Source: Blastocladiella emersonii ATCC 22665 (Eukaryota; Fungi; Blastocladiomycota). From it: a stretch of 64,000 nucleotides of DNA. A program made the translations under genes and the position numbers. Within the stretch, counting starts at the first letter, position 1; each line of letters opens with the position of its first letter. Below, piece by piece: positions 1 to 11,981 of the stretch. The stretch is taken from assembly GCA_025594325.1 (NCBI GenBank), contig JANHCV010000001.1:124001-188000 (forward strand), in the 5' to 3' direction. The notes beneath the pieces are model-generated. The model searched no databases, was not told the origin of the DNA, and was given only the letters and a program-made list of their open reading frames with translations.

Positions 1-3000
1 GGGACTGCTGGCGTAGCCCGGCGAAAACCCGCCCGCACCGCCGCGCTCCATGTACCCGGGGCTCAGCGCCGACTTGGCATGGATCGACGGCGTCCAGCCG
101 CCCGTACCACCGCCGGTCGTGTCGCCGCGGAACGGCGAGAACGAGCCGCCCGCACCAGCACCGAACCCGTGGCCCATGCTGTAGCCGGGCGAGCTGGGCC
201 GCGTGGGCGACATGGACCCGTAGGGGGTCTGCGCTGGCGACGATGCGCCGTACGCGGACCCGGCGCCGTACGCGGCCGCATCCTCCATGCCGCCGACCAT
301 GTGGACCTTGAGCATCTCCTCGTTGAGCAGCACGTCGAACGAGCCGGAACCGAGCGGCGCGACCTGGCCCAGGATAATGTTCTCGGCGACACCCGTGCAG
401 TCGTCGAGGGACCCGACGCCCGCCGCGTCGACGAGAATCTCGACCGTCTCCTCGAACGAGCACCGCATGAGCGCGGACGCCTCGGTGCGGTTGATGCCGT
501 GGCGCGTGATGGACATGAGGTACCCGCGCGACGTCATGACGTCGACCAGCATGGCGAGGTGGCGGTAGTTGACGTACGAACCGTCGCGCTCGATCACGTT
601 GCGGATCTCCTTGAGGACCGCGGCGCGCCCGGCCTCGATCCCGAGCACCTCAATGATCTCGGTGCAGTTATTCGAGTACACGAGCTCGGGCTTGACGGAC
701 GGGTGGCAGATGACCTCGCGCAGGTTGATGCCGTCCGTCTCGAGGATCCACCGCTCCACGTCCTCGAACTCGCCGTCGCGCGTCATGCGGCGGATGCGCT
801 GCTTGTTCATGTACACGCGGTCAATGTGGTCGATGCCGCGCAGGCACACGCGGTCGAGGAGGACCTTCTCGAGCTCGCGCAGGAGGCGCTCCTCGTCGGC
901 CTCGCCGTCGTCGCCGCCCATCTTGTCCTTGAGCGGGCGGCACCGGATGACGGGGTGCGACAGGTCGCCGCTGGCAATCACCTCCATCTTGGCGCCGTTC
1001 TTGGCAAAGTACTGCGAGATGATGGAGCCGACCTTGATCAGGTCGTCGAGCTCCTTGTCGACGAGCACGTCAAAGTCGAGCGTGAGGCGGAGCAGCCACG
1101 GGCTGAGAATGTCCGGGTTGGCCTCGGCCTCGATCTCGTAGTAGGACTCGACCATCTCCTTGTCCTCCTCGACCACCGACGACCGCGGGTTCGGGTCGTA
1201 GACGATCTCGGTGCGCACCGTGGCCTTGCGCAGCGACGCGTACTCGAGCTCCGACTGCACGGCCTTGGCCGCCTCCATGGACTCGGCCACGTCGTCCTGC
1301 AGGTACACGGTCAGCGACGGCGTCTTAATGTTCGTCGCAACGTTGATGATCTCCTTGAGGCGCGGCACGCCGAGCGTCACGTTCTTGGACGAGACACCGG
1401 CAAAGTGGAACGTGTTGAGCGTCATCTGCGTCGCGGGCTCGCCAATCGACTGGGCGGCAATGATGCCGACCATCTCGCCAGGGTGCACGAGCGACTGCGC
1501 GAAGCGGGTCTGGATTTCGCCGACCACGTAGTCGAAGGCGCGCGAGTCGAGGCGGTACTCCTCGAGGACGCGCTTGGTGGCGAGCGTGGACCGTACGAGC
1601 GCCTGCATGAGCAGCGTGGCGTTGCGCTGCGCCTCGACCGAGATCTTGTCCGTGCCCGGGATGACAACGAGCCCGTCGCACAGCGCCCGCACCTTCTTGA
1701 CGACGTAGTCGGGGTGCAGGTTAGACGGCTTGGACTTGTCGATCTTGAACAGGTTCTGCGCGTTCCAGATGATGCGGTTGAGGTTGCACGGCAGCGGCCA
1801 GCGCGCGTCGCCGCGCGGGAAGATCTGCTGCAGGTCGCGCCGGTCGCGCAGCAGCTGCTCGTACTCGGCGTTGAGGAGCTCCTGCACCTCGGCCGACTGC
1901 ATCTCGCGCTGGATACCGAACTCGACGGTGCCCGGCCGGAGACCGCTGCTACCGCCCACGTCCGTGACGTCGATGCGGTACCGCCGGTCAAACTTGGCGT
2001 CCGACATGCGCAGCGGCTCGAGGACCTGCGACTCGACGCGGGTGCCGTCCATGCCGTCCTCGCCGTACGCAAACTGGATGATGTTGCCCTGCGCGTTGCG
2101 GACCGTGCCGTCGTACTTGACCATGATGTCCTCGAGGGCCTTGACGAGGCGGCGCTGGATGTAGCCCGTCTCGGCCGTCTTGACGGCCGTGTCAATAAGA
2201 CCCTCGCGCCCACCCATGGCGTGGAAGAAGAACTCTTGCGGGTTGAGGCCGCGGAGGTACGAGTTCTCGACGAAGCCGCGCGACTCGGGCGAGTAGTCAT
2301 CCTTGACGAAATGCGGCAGCGAGCGGTACTGGAACCCGAACGGGATGCGCTTGCCCTCGACGTTCTGCTGCCCGACACAGGCCGACATCTGCGAGATGTT
2401 GATGTTGGAGCCCTTGGAGCCGGCCACCACCATGTGCTTGACGTTGTTGTGCACCTTGAACGACTTGGCGGCGGCGCCACCAGCCGCGTTCACGGCGCCG
2501 TTGAGCAGGCGGTTGACCTGGGCCTCGAACGTCTCGCGCAGCGTGAGACCCGTCTCGACCTTGAGCGTGTCCTTTTGCGCGGCCTCGATGACGGCGTTGA
2601 CGCCGGCGCGCGCCTCGCCAATGAGCTCGTTGATGCGCTGCATCGTGTCGTCGTCGGCGATGGTGTCGCCGATGCCGATCGAAAAGCCGTTGTGCAGGAG
2701 CCAGTGGTTGACGATGGTCTGGCACCCGTTGAGGAGGGCCTTGGCGGCCTCGGGTCCGTGCTCCATCCACGAAACGTGCACGAGGCCGCCGGCTGAGGTG
2801 CCGACCGTCTTCTTGCACACGATGCCGGCGAGCAGCTCGCCGTCCTCGACAATGACGCGCGTGTCGCCGGGCGAGATGTCGGTCGTCTCGCCGTCAGGGT
2901 GGGTCGAGTGCAGGGTGATGCAGTTGACCTTGGGGATGATGAGCGACAGGATCTGCTTGCCGGTCCACAGCGGCTTGGGCTTGAGGATGGCGGGCACGGG

Positions 3001-4794
3001 CACGTTGCCGTCCCAGCCGGGCACCCACATGAGCAGGTTCATGACCATGGCCTTGTCCATGAAGGTGTCGCGGCGCGTGAACTTGGTGATGCCGCAGAGC
3101 GTGTCTTGGACGATGCCCATGACGGGCTTGTTGGACTGGGGCGAGACGATCTGCAGCGGGACCATGCACAGCTGCTGGATCTCTGCGCGGGCCTCGACCG
3201 ACTGCGGAACATGCAGGTTCATCTCGTCGCCGTCGAAATCGGCGTTGTAGGGCGAGGTGACCGAGAGGTTGAGGCGGAACGTCGAGTAGGGCATGACCTT
3301 GACCTTGTGCCCCATCATGGACATTTTGTGGAGCGAGGGCTGGCGGTTGAAGATGATCACGTCATTGTCGCTGAGGTGGCGCTCGACGACCCAGCCGGGC
3401 TGGAGGTTCGGCGCGCCCTGCGCGCCGGAGACGCGGAGGTCGACGCGCGAGCCGTCGGGGCGGATCACGTACTTGGCGCCCGGGTGTTCCTCGGCGCCGC
3501 GGTGGACCATCTCCTGCAGGCGGCGGATGTTGTGGCGGGTGACCATCTCCGGGTAGGTGAGGTTGAGGGCAATTGAGCGCGGGACGCCGACCTGGTCAAT
3601 GGAGAGGTTCGGGTCGCCCGTGATGACGGTGCGGGCCGAGAAGTCGACGCGCTTGCCCATGAGGTTGCCGCGGAGGCGGCCCTCCTTGCCCTTGAGGCGG
3701 GCGCGGATGGCCTTGATGGGGCGGCCTGACTTTTGGGCGGCACGCGGCATGCCCGAGATCTCGTTGTCGACGAGGGTGGCGCAGTGGAACTGCAGCAGCT
3801 CCTCGTGCTCCTTGAGCTGGTGGCCCGTGGACCCGTCGCGGATCTTCTGGTAGATGGCGGCGTTGGCCTTGACAATGTCGCACAGCTTGAAGGTGAGGTC
3901 GTCCTCGCCGCGGGCGGCGCCGTCGGAGCGGATCGAGGGGCGCACGGGCGGCGGCGGAACCGGGAACACGGTCAGGATCATCCACTCGGGCCGGGCGTAC
4001 TCGGGGTTGAGGCCGAGGGCCTCGCAGTCCTCGTCGGGGATGCGCTTGAGGATCTGGAGGACCTGGTCCGGGGTCAGGTCGTGGCGGCCCTCGAGCGCAG
4101 CATCGTCCGAGGCGTTGGGCTTCCACTGCGAGTAGAGGGTGAGGTTCTTCTTGCGGATGTCGGGCTGGCGCTTGCCGCAGCCGTGGAGCGGGATGCGGTC
4201 CTCGAGGTCGGGCATCTCGTCGGCCTTGTTGGGGTCCTCGGCGGGGCACACGTTGATGGCCTTGCAGTGGGCGTGCACCTCCTTGAAGCGGCGGTTACGG
4301 TCGCGGGTGCGCACGGCCTTCTTGAAGGCGGGGTGGTTGGGGTCGCCGAGCAGGCGCGAACAGTGGAAGCAGATGCACTCGAGGATCTTCTTGACGCGCG
4401 GCAGGAAGGAGATGTGGTAGACGGGGCGGGCGAGCTCGATGTGACCAAAGTGGCCGGGACACTCGGTCATGGTGCCCTGGCACGTCTCGCACTTCATGTG
4501 GCGGTCGATGGTGCCGAGGCGCGGGTCGTTGACGCCGCCCGACTTTGGGCGGTCCTTGTTCTCCTCCATGGTCTCGGGGTAGATGATCTGGGCGACCGAC
4601 ATGTTTTTCTACGAGGGGTGCGAGGGAAGAGCACGGAACGGGTCAGCGCTGGTGCCGGAGCCGGAGCCAGTGCGCCGAAAGCAGAGGGGGCATCGTACAA
4701 TCTCGTCGGGCGAGAGGATGCCGAACTGAACGCCGCGGACGGTCCGGACGGGACACGTCGACGGCGTGAAGCCGTGCAGCTGAGGCGCGGGCAT
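1..4794 (-). CDS. RPB1: RNA polymerase II largest subunit, 3'-partial (CTD lies beyond the window start)
   Basis: Exon 1 4794-4699 (MPAPQLHG...VQFGILSPDEI), GT-AG intron 4698-4609, exon 2 open from 4608 to base 1. Motifs: CETC...CPGHFGH zinc site, YNADFDGDEMN catalytic motif, TAVKTAETGYIQRRL bridge helix, EPATQMTLNTFHFAG trigger loop, and a pre-CTD SP/Y-rich linker at the window edge. Confidence 0.99.
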
Positions 4795-4810
4795 GGCGGT
4801 GACGGCGGGA

Positions 4811-4846
4811 GGCGGGCGGCGGGCGGCGGGCGGCGGGCGGCGGGCG
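4811..4846 (+). repeat. (GGGCGGC)n heptamer tandem repeat, about 5 copies, just upstream of the RPB1 ATG
   Basis: GGG tracts at 4814, 4821, 4828, 4835 and 4842, each separated by CGGC. Confidence 0.9.
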
Positions 4847-5661
4847 TTGACCTTGCGGGAGCGGTGACCGCTGAGAGGTACCGTACGGCGGTACGACTGC
4901 GCGACTAACCAGTTGACGGGGGGAGGAGGCAGGCGAGCGGATAAGCAGGGCAAGAGGCGAGCGTCATCGAGTCAGTCCCACCATTTCTCAAAGACTCAGA
5001 ACCCCGTCGCGCAGCCAGCCAGCCTGCTAGGCAGTCAGAGTGAGGTCTGAAGCACTCCAGGCCACCCAGGCCAGTCGGTCGGCGGACGGCGGCGCGAGGG
5101 CAAGGAGGGAGCGGGACACGCACATGCACGCACGAAGGGAACGAATCACCTGCCCTTGGCGGCCGTGGAGGATGCTAGAGAGCGCGGGAGACAGTCCGCA
5201 GTCACCGTCGACGAGGGAGGGGCGCGGCGCGCAGGTTCTGCTGCTGCGTCTGGCCGAGTTGGGCGACGCCTGGTCGCGGAGCCGGCGGCGGGTTTGCGGA
5301 TAGGAGTGGCGACACTCGGCAAAGCAGCCGGAGTGGTTGGGACGCCGGAGGGTGCGGCGTGCGGTCGAGGAGGCGGGCGGGAGGGCACCGGCGACGACAG
5401 CAGCACGCGAGACTGGCGGAGTGCGCAGAGGTCGCAGAGGTCGGCGAGAGCGGGTCTGCGGCGACGTTGCGGGGGGTTGCGGAGAGTGGAGACTCGATCC
5501 ACACGCTCGCCGTGCGTGTATGGCTCAGCGAGTCGGGAGCGAGCCGTGCGCGCGCGAAGCAGCGCCGAATGGCTTCGCGCGAGCGTCACGCGATCCCACC
5601 CGCCGCTGACACTTTTCGCCCGTCACGCGCCGCGCCTGCCACGCGCGTCGTCGACCCGCGA

Positions 5662-5684
5662 CGCGTCTCGCGCCCGTGTCTCGC
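5662..5684. promoter_or_regulatory. Tandem CGYGTCTCGC double site in the RPB1/CDC14 divergent promoter (candidate TF site)
   Basis: cgcgtctcgc-gcc-cgtgtctcgc; a near-identical copy lies at 63442-63463. Function is inferred only. Confidence 0.45.
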
Positions 5685-6139
5685 GCCGCACGTCACATGC
5701 CCGCGTGCACGCGCGCCAGCACCGAGAAGAGACAATGTATCCCGACCGGATGTGGGCCTGTTGGGTCGCTCCGCACCAAATGGCTGGCTGCAGCCGCCCC
5801 GTCCTGTCCCGTCCCCCGCGCCAGCGTTCCGAGCCTCCCCCACCCGCTGCATGATAGATTGCGACTGAAAGGAACACCTGACTCTGATCCGACACCTGCT
5901 CCCGACCCTAGACATAGACGGCCTCGTGCACCTCCCTCTCTCCACGCAACGTACACTAGACGATTCGGACACTCTGCTGTCCTCGAAGCATCAACGCCAC
6001 GTGTGGTTACCTACGCTCATTGCAAGCCGAAGTGCTGCCCCGCTGCACCGCTAGCTACGGCGCACCCTCGAGGCGTCACCTATCCTCCAACTTCGCCCTT
6101 CGCCCGTCGCCCGCCGCCCGCTCCCCGCCGACCCCCACC

Positions 6140-7882
6140 ATGCCGTCCTACCTGTCGAGCGTCCAGGCAGGCGGCGGCTACCTGGCCGACTGGCCCAAGG
6201 AGCACATCAAGCACTTTATCCCTGGTCCGCCGCGCTCGGCAGCAGCCCAATCATCTCGCCGCTAACTCTCGTGCCGCGTGTAGGCCGCCTGGGCTTCACG
6301 TCGACGAACCGCGATCTCGCGGGCCTCAACTCCACGTCGGCCGAGTACCACTACTTTACCATCGACCACGTCCTGGTCTACATCCCCTTCTTCGCCGACT
6401 TTGGCCCTCCCAACATGTCGCACCTGTACCGCTTCATCTGCCTGCTCGACGCCAAGCTCAAGGACCCGCAACTGGCGGCCAAGACCGTCGTGCTCTACTC
6501 GAGCAACGACAACGGCAAGCGCGCTAACGCCGCCTACCTGATCTCGGCCTACATGGTACCGCTTGTCGTACTCATCGCGCTGCGTGACACTGGCTAACCG
6601 ATGCGCGTGTGTGTAGATGGTCATGCACCACCAGGAGCCCGAAGAGGCCTTCTCGCCGCTGTTCGGCCTTACACCGCCTCTCACGCCTTTCCGTGACGCC
6701 GGGTCGGGCCCGCCAACCTACTTCCTCAGCGTCGTCGACTGCCTCAAGGGCCTGTACCGCGCCATGGCCGTCGGGCTCTTCTCGTTTGCCGATTTCGACC
6801 TCGAGGAGTACGAGAAGCACGAGAAGGTCGAGTTTGGCGACTTTAACTGGCTGTCGGCCAAGTTTCTCGCGTTCGCGTCGCCCACCGACAACCCGCGCGC
6901 GCCCTACCCGGCCACGGCCATGGCCGACTATTTTGCCCGCAAGGGCGTCGTGACCGTGGTCCGCCTCAACAACAAGCTGTACGACAAGTCCGTGTTCACG
7001 CGCCGCGGCATCGAGCACGTCGAAATGTACTTCCCCGACGGGTCGTGCCCGACGGACCCGATCCTGCACCGGTTCCTCGACCTCGCCGAGTCGCGCAACG
7101 GCCCGCTCGCCGTCCACTGCAAGGCCGGGCTCGGGCGCACCGGGTCGCTCATTGCCGCCTACTACATGAAGCACCACTTCTTCACCGCGTCCGAGGTGAT
7201 CGGGTTCCTCCGCATCATGCGGCCCGGCTCGGTCGTCGGCCCGCAGCAGAACTGGTTGCACGCCAAGCAAAAGGAGCTGCACTCGATGCTTGCCACCATG
7301 GGCACCGCGGCCACCCGCGGCCTGACGGCGAGCCCAGCCAAGTTCGCGGCGGCGAGCGCCGAGCAGGAGGCCGAGGACGCCGAGGCCGAAGCCGCGGCCG
7401 CGGTGGCTGCCGCCGAGTCGCTCGCCTCGTTGTCGTACGGCGGGATCCCGAACCAGCCGCGCAAGGTGCACGACCCCAACGACCCGCTCTCGGTCGTTTC
7501 GAGTGCCGGCCGCTACCACCAGCGCAGCGTGGCCGCAACCACGGCGCGGTCGCGCACCACCCCGGCCACAGCCGCGGCCAACTCGCCGGCCCCGCTCTCC
7601 GTGTCGACGGTCGCGGCCGCAGGCGGGTCTTACGCGCCCAGCGTTCCCTCGCCAACCTACACCACAGCGACGGGGGTCCCGAGCGGCAAGCCCGCGACGG
7701 CGTGGGGCGGTTCGGTCGCCGCTGCCGCAGTCCCGCGCGCGGCGTCGCGCGTCGTCAGCGACGCAAGTCGCGCGTCCATGAAGATGGCGCCCGCCGCCAC
7801 GCCGGCTCCGGACGCGGCTCCGCGCCGCGTGTCGTCGCGACAGCACTCGGGGACCGGGACCCCCCGCCGCGCCGGCCAGTAG
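6140..7882 (+). CDS. CDC14: Dual-specificity protein phosphatase CDC14, about 540 aa
   Basis: Exons 6140-6224, 6284-6555, 6617-7882; both introns are GT-AG with GCTAAC branch points. Motifs: FFADFGPPN, YEKHEKVEFGDFNW, YFPDGSCP and catalytic VHCKAGLGRTG, then IMRPGSVVGPQQ and a low-complexity tail. Confidence 0.97.
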
Positions 7883-8220
7883 CGCACGCCTGCCCGTTGG
7901 AGATGATGTTCTGTTGTGTAACTGTAGTTTCCCATAGACGACATGGGCGTGGATGCCGATTCATTTGAGAGTCTGTCGAGACGTGGAGAGAAACGAGAAA
8001 CGAGAAACGTACGGAAGCGGGGGCGGTCGCTGCCGGGTCGCTCTGCCCTCGCTGCCGCTCTCCTCTCTCCCTCGCCCCTTCGCTGCTCCCCCGCAAACAC
8101 GTATAGCAAGAACTTGCAACAGCTGCATGCGTCAGCAGCACCCGCACCCATCTCGCAGCGGAACCTGAAAACGACTAGCGCCGCGCGCTGAGTGTTTCGC
8201 GCCACCAACGAATCGACACC

Positions 8221-8929
8221 ATGTCGTCCGCGCGCGCTGGCAGCCATGGCGCCCGCGCCGTCAACGGCAGCGGCAGCGGCAACGATACCGGCAGCGACGA
8301 TCCTGAGGTTGTGTATCTCTCGCTGGGCGAGCTCAACCGGCGCGCGCGCGTCGTCTTCGACCCGGCCAACCCCATCACGCTGTACATCCGCACCGCGCAG
8401 AACACGTTCCGCGAGGCCGAAATGTACCAGGGCGACGGCGACATCATGCGCGCCTACGAGCTGTTCATGCGCTTCTCGATGTACGCCGCCGACCTTCCAA
8501 TCGTGCCGAGTCGCGCCGCGCCGCTCACCAGTCTTCCCTTCTATCCTACCCTAGCCTCGTTCTCGAGGAGCTCCCGCGGCATCCGGACTTTGCCAACCCG
8601 TCGCACCAGGCCATGCTCGCCCTCGTCAAGAAGAACTGCAAACTCGCCCTCAACAAGCTCGAGATGCTCAAGCCCGTGCTCGAGCAGCGGTACCGCATGC
8701 AGCAGCGCCGCCTCGGCCTCGGCACGGCCGTGGCCACGTCCGCCGCACCCGCTGACGGAGCGGTATTGGGCCTCGCGCGCCCCACCCCAACCAGCGGCCA
8801 ACCGTCCTCGTCGACCTCGGCAGCGCGAACTGGCGGATCCGCGTCCAGTGGCAGCTCGACACCCTCGGCACCCTCGCTCCCTTCAACGACCGGCCTCTCG
8901 GCAATGGCGAGGAACTTCCCGCCTGCGCC

Positions 8930-8970
<41 letters not shown>

Positions 8971-11003
8971 ATGCCCGCACCAACTCGCTTCCTGGCGCGC
9001 AGCGAATCAGCGGCAGCGCCAGCGATGCCTCGCCCCCACCTCCGCTCCTCCCAAAACCCAACCTGACGCCCGCCCTCCTCCACGCGCTGCAGGCCCCCGC
9101 CGCGTCGGCAACGCCCTTGGTGTCCTCGGGCGCCCTCACCCCGCCCAACCTCCTGCACTCGCCGCCCGTCCCGCGCCGCCCGCTGAGCCTCGGCTCGCTG
9201 TCGCGCCCGACCTCGCGTCCCGAATCACCCGTCCTTCCTCCTGTTCCGCCGCCGGCATTGCCCCCTGTGCGCCCGAACCTGCTCCAAGCCCCAACCAGAC
9301 CAACGCCCGCGCCACTGGCCACCGCAGACGCGGCCAGCAGAGCTGCGGCTGACCCGTCGCCTCCGCTCGCTTCGCCCATCGCCTCGTCGCGCAACTCGCC
9401 CGAGGCCGCCGGGATCGCGCTGGCGCACCCGCTGACGCCGACACCCGCACCTATGGCGCAGCAGCTGCAGCAGCTGCAGCAGCGGACGCGGTCGCCCTCC
9501 ACGCCCGCCATGGCCTCTGCGCCGCCGCCTGCACCAAGGCCCGCGTCAATCTCTGCGGCCGGGCCTGGCGCCTCCGCTGCGTCGCTTCTCGCGCAGTTCC
9601 CGACACTCCCCGAGGCGCCGCCCCCGTTTGCCGTCGATGAGGTCGGCGGCGGGAGCCCGAGCAGCAGCAACCCGTGGACACTTTCGGCACCAAGCCCGGC
9701 CGTCGGGCCCAACTCGGCGTCAGCAGGGCCAGGCTTCGCCGAGCTCTTTGCGCGGACCGGTGGCATCGACCGCGCGGCGTCCCCGGCGCCTTCGCCGCTA
9801 CCCGTGGCGGGTGCAGGACCCGGCATCGACCTCGACGAGCAGATTGCGCGGTTTGAGAGCATGTTCCCGGACGTGCTCGCCGACAACCTGCAGGTGCTCA
9901 TGCAGCAGGCGCACCTCGTCGATCGGGAAGCGCCGGTCGCGCCAGGCTCTGTGCCGCCGCCACTGCTAGCACCCGCTCCGATCGCCCTGCAGCCCAAGGA
10001 GGCGGGCGGCGGCGGCGGCGCAACGGTCCCCGACTTTTTCAACTACCCGGACCTCGGCCCGCCGATCCCCGCGCCATCTCTCCCACCTCGTATCCCGCCC
10101 AACGTGTTCGCAACGCCTCCGCCGCAATCAGCTGTCGGACTCGGCGTGGCAACCCCCGACCTGCTCTGCTTCGGGACGCGCCCGCTGCCGCCACCACGCA
10201 TGCTGCAGCGACCTTCCACGGCGACCGGATACGCGGCCACCGGCGCGCAGGGAACGCTGCCCCCGCACCCGCCGCGCACGGCCTCGGCTGCTGCTCACGC
10301 CATGAGCCAGGTGCCGGCGCTCCCGCCAAATCCCGCCGAGCTGGTCCGCGCCGCAGCCGCCTCGACAGCTCCCGCTCCTGCGCCGCCACCGACGGGACCC
10401 AAGCCCAAGGCCGACCTCGGGCGCGTGCTGGGACGGACCGAGGGCAACGCGCCGTTGCGGACCGTGTTCGTGCCGCGGGAGCTGGTGGCCAAGTTCGAGG
10501 ACGTGGCGGCGACCAACACGGCGGCGAACCTGGAAACGTGCGGGATCCTGTGCGGGTCGTTGTTCCGCGGCGAGCTGTACGTCACGCATCTCGTTATCCC
10601 GAAGCAGGTCAGCACGCCCGACACGTGCGCGACGACGCATGAAGAGGAGCTGCTCGCGTACCAGGATAGGCACGGGCTCATCACGCTCGGGTGGATCCAC
10701 ACGCACCCAACGCAGACCTGTTTCTTAAGCAGTGTCGACACCCACTGCCAGGCCGCGTACCAGGTGATGCTCGACGAGGCGGTCGCCATCGTCGTCAGCC
10801 CGCGGCATCGCGAGGTTGGCGTGTTCCGGCTCACGGACCCGCCCGGCCTCCCCTTCATCCTGCGCTGCACCGAGCCCGGCTTCCACCCGCACCCGGACCA
10901 CCTCGTCCTCTACACCAACGCCGACGCCCGCATGTGCCCCGGTACAGGGCATGTCGTCCTCGTCGATGCGCAGGTCCGAGTCGCCGACCTGCGCGGGCGC
11001 TGA
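8221..11003 (+). CDS. AMSH/STAMBP (Sst2)-like JAMM deubiquitinase, about 902 aa
   Basis: Exons 8221-8480 and 8555-11003. N-terminal MIT/USP8-dimer-like helical domain (LYIRTA...EAEMY...GDIMRAYELFMRFS), long Pro/Ala linker, C-terminal JAMM domain ETCGILCG...WIHTHPTQTCFLSSVDTH...C...FHPH. Confidence 0.93.
8925..8970 (+). repeat. (GCGCCC)n coding microsatellite giving a (Pro-Ala)n tract in the AMSH linker
   Basis: Visible hexamer tandem array encoding PAPAPAPAPAPAPA. Confidence 0.85.
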
Positions 11004-11119
11004 CCGAACGAATACAATCCACGTTTTTGTTGCACAACGACTGTCACGGCAGGGGCCGATCAGCTGCGAATTGCTGCCACGCGTTGTGCGGTTGTGCGAG
11101 CACGAGACGCACGGACCCG

Positions 11120-11722
11120 ATGGTGGCTCAAGTTGTGGTGGCTCAGCCGCGATCACCTCTCCCTCCATCAACCATCGAAAATCTTGACCTCCGCCCGCTG
11201 CAGTACCCCGATCGCGCTGCAAACTTGTGCTCGCGCGATAACCGGTTTGGCGAGCACACGGTCGACGCACTCAAGTTCCTCGGCTACGATCCGGCCACCA
11301 GGACGGCCGTCGCTGAGATCGAGCTGACCAAGAAGCGTGTGGTACGCACCTGCCCCCCGCGCCAACGGCGACACTCCTCACACTGCTGATCACGAACCGT
11401 ACACCAGAACATCTGGGACACGGCGCACGGCGGCTTCCTCGCGACGTTGCTGGATCTGGTGACGAGCGTCGCAGTCCTGGAGAGCGGCCATCCAAACTCT
11501 GGCGTGAGCGTCGACATCGCCATCTCCTACCTCAGCGCAGCCCCGCTCGGGTCCACGTTACGCATCGCGGCCGAGGTCGAGCGCGTCGGCGCCAGCGTCG
11601 CCTATACCAACTGCAAAATCACGGACGCAGCCACTGGCGAAGTCGTCGCGGCCGGCCGACAGACAAAGTTCGTTGGCGGAGCATACGCCGGGCGCGCGAT
11701 GCCGAGCCCAGCCAAGCTGTGA
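11120..11722 (+). CDS. PaaI/ACOT13 (THEM2)-like hot-dog-fold acyl-CoA thioesterase, about 178 aa, C-terminal AKL
   Basis: Exons 11120-11341 and 11408-11722. Motifs NIWDTAHGGFLATLLD, GVSVDIAISYLSAAPLG and VAAGRQTKF; the protein ends SPAKL. The start codon is inferred. Confidence 0.85.
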
Positions 11723-11981
11723 TAAAGTGGTCGATATATTGCGTGGTGAATCATGTGATGTGTTGCGAGGTGAGCGGGCAGGTCGAGGCGTGGTCGAGGC
11801 CGCGCGACCGAGCAAACCCGTCTGCCGCGCCTGCCCTCCTCCCGCTTCCCTGACTCTCCGCGCGCCCTTCAGAGGTAGGACGTCCTCCATGCAACAAACG
11901 AACGGGAAGTGGCCGCAATGAAGCTCACGTCCTAACTCTTCAACGGACAACAGCCTGACTGGATCAGCGAGGATAGCAGCC

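Noticed and set aside
1-300. Ser-Pro/Tyr-rich degenerate repeats at the RPB1 edge as evidence of an abnormal CTD
   Set aside because: This is the normal pre-CTD linker. The heptads lie outside the window and cannot be judged.
79-2796. 905-aa plus-strand ORF and similar long ORFs (e.g. 14593..17061, 28985..30253, 30452..32041, 40151..41794, 59036..60796)
   Set aside because: They are antisense shadows of real genes (RPB1, TFC4, insulysin, GSY, aminopeptidase P). Extreme GC3 bias removes stops from the mirror frame, and the translations have no domain motifs.
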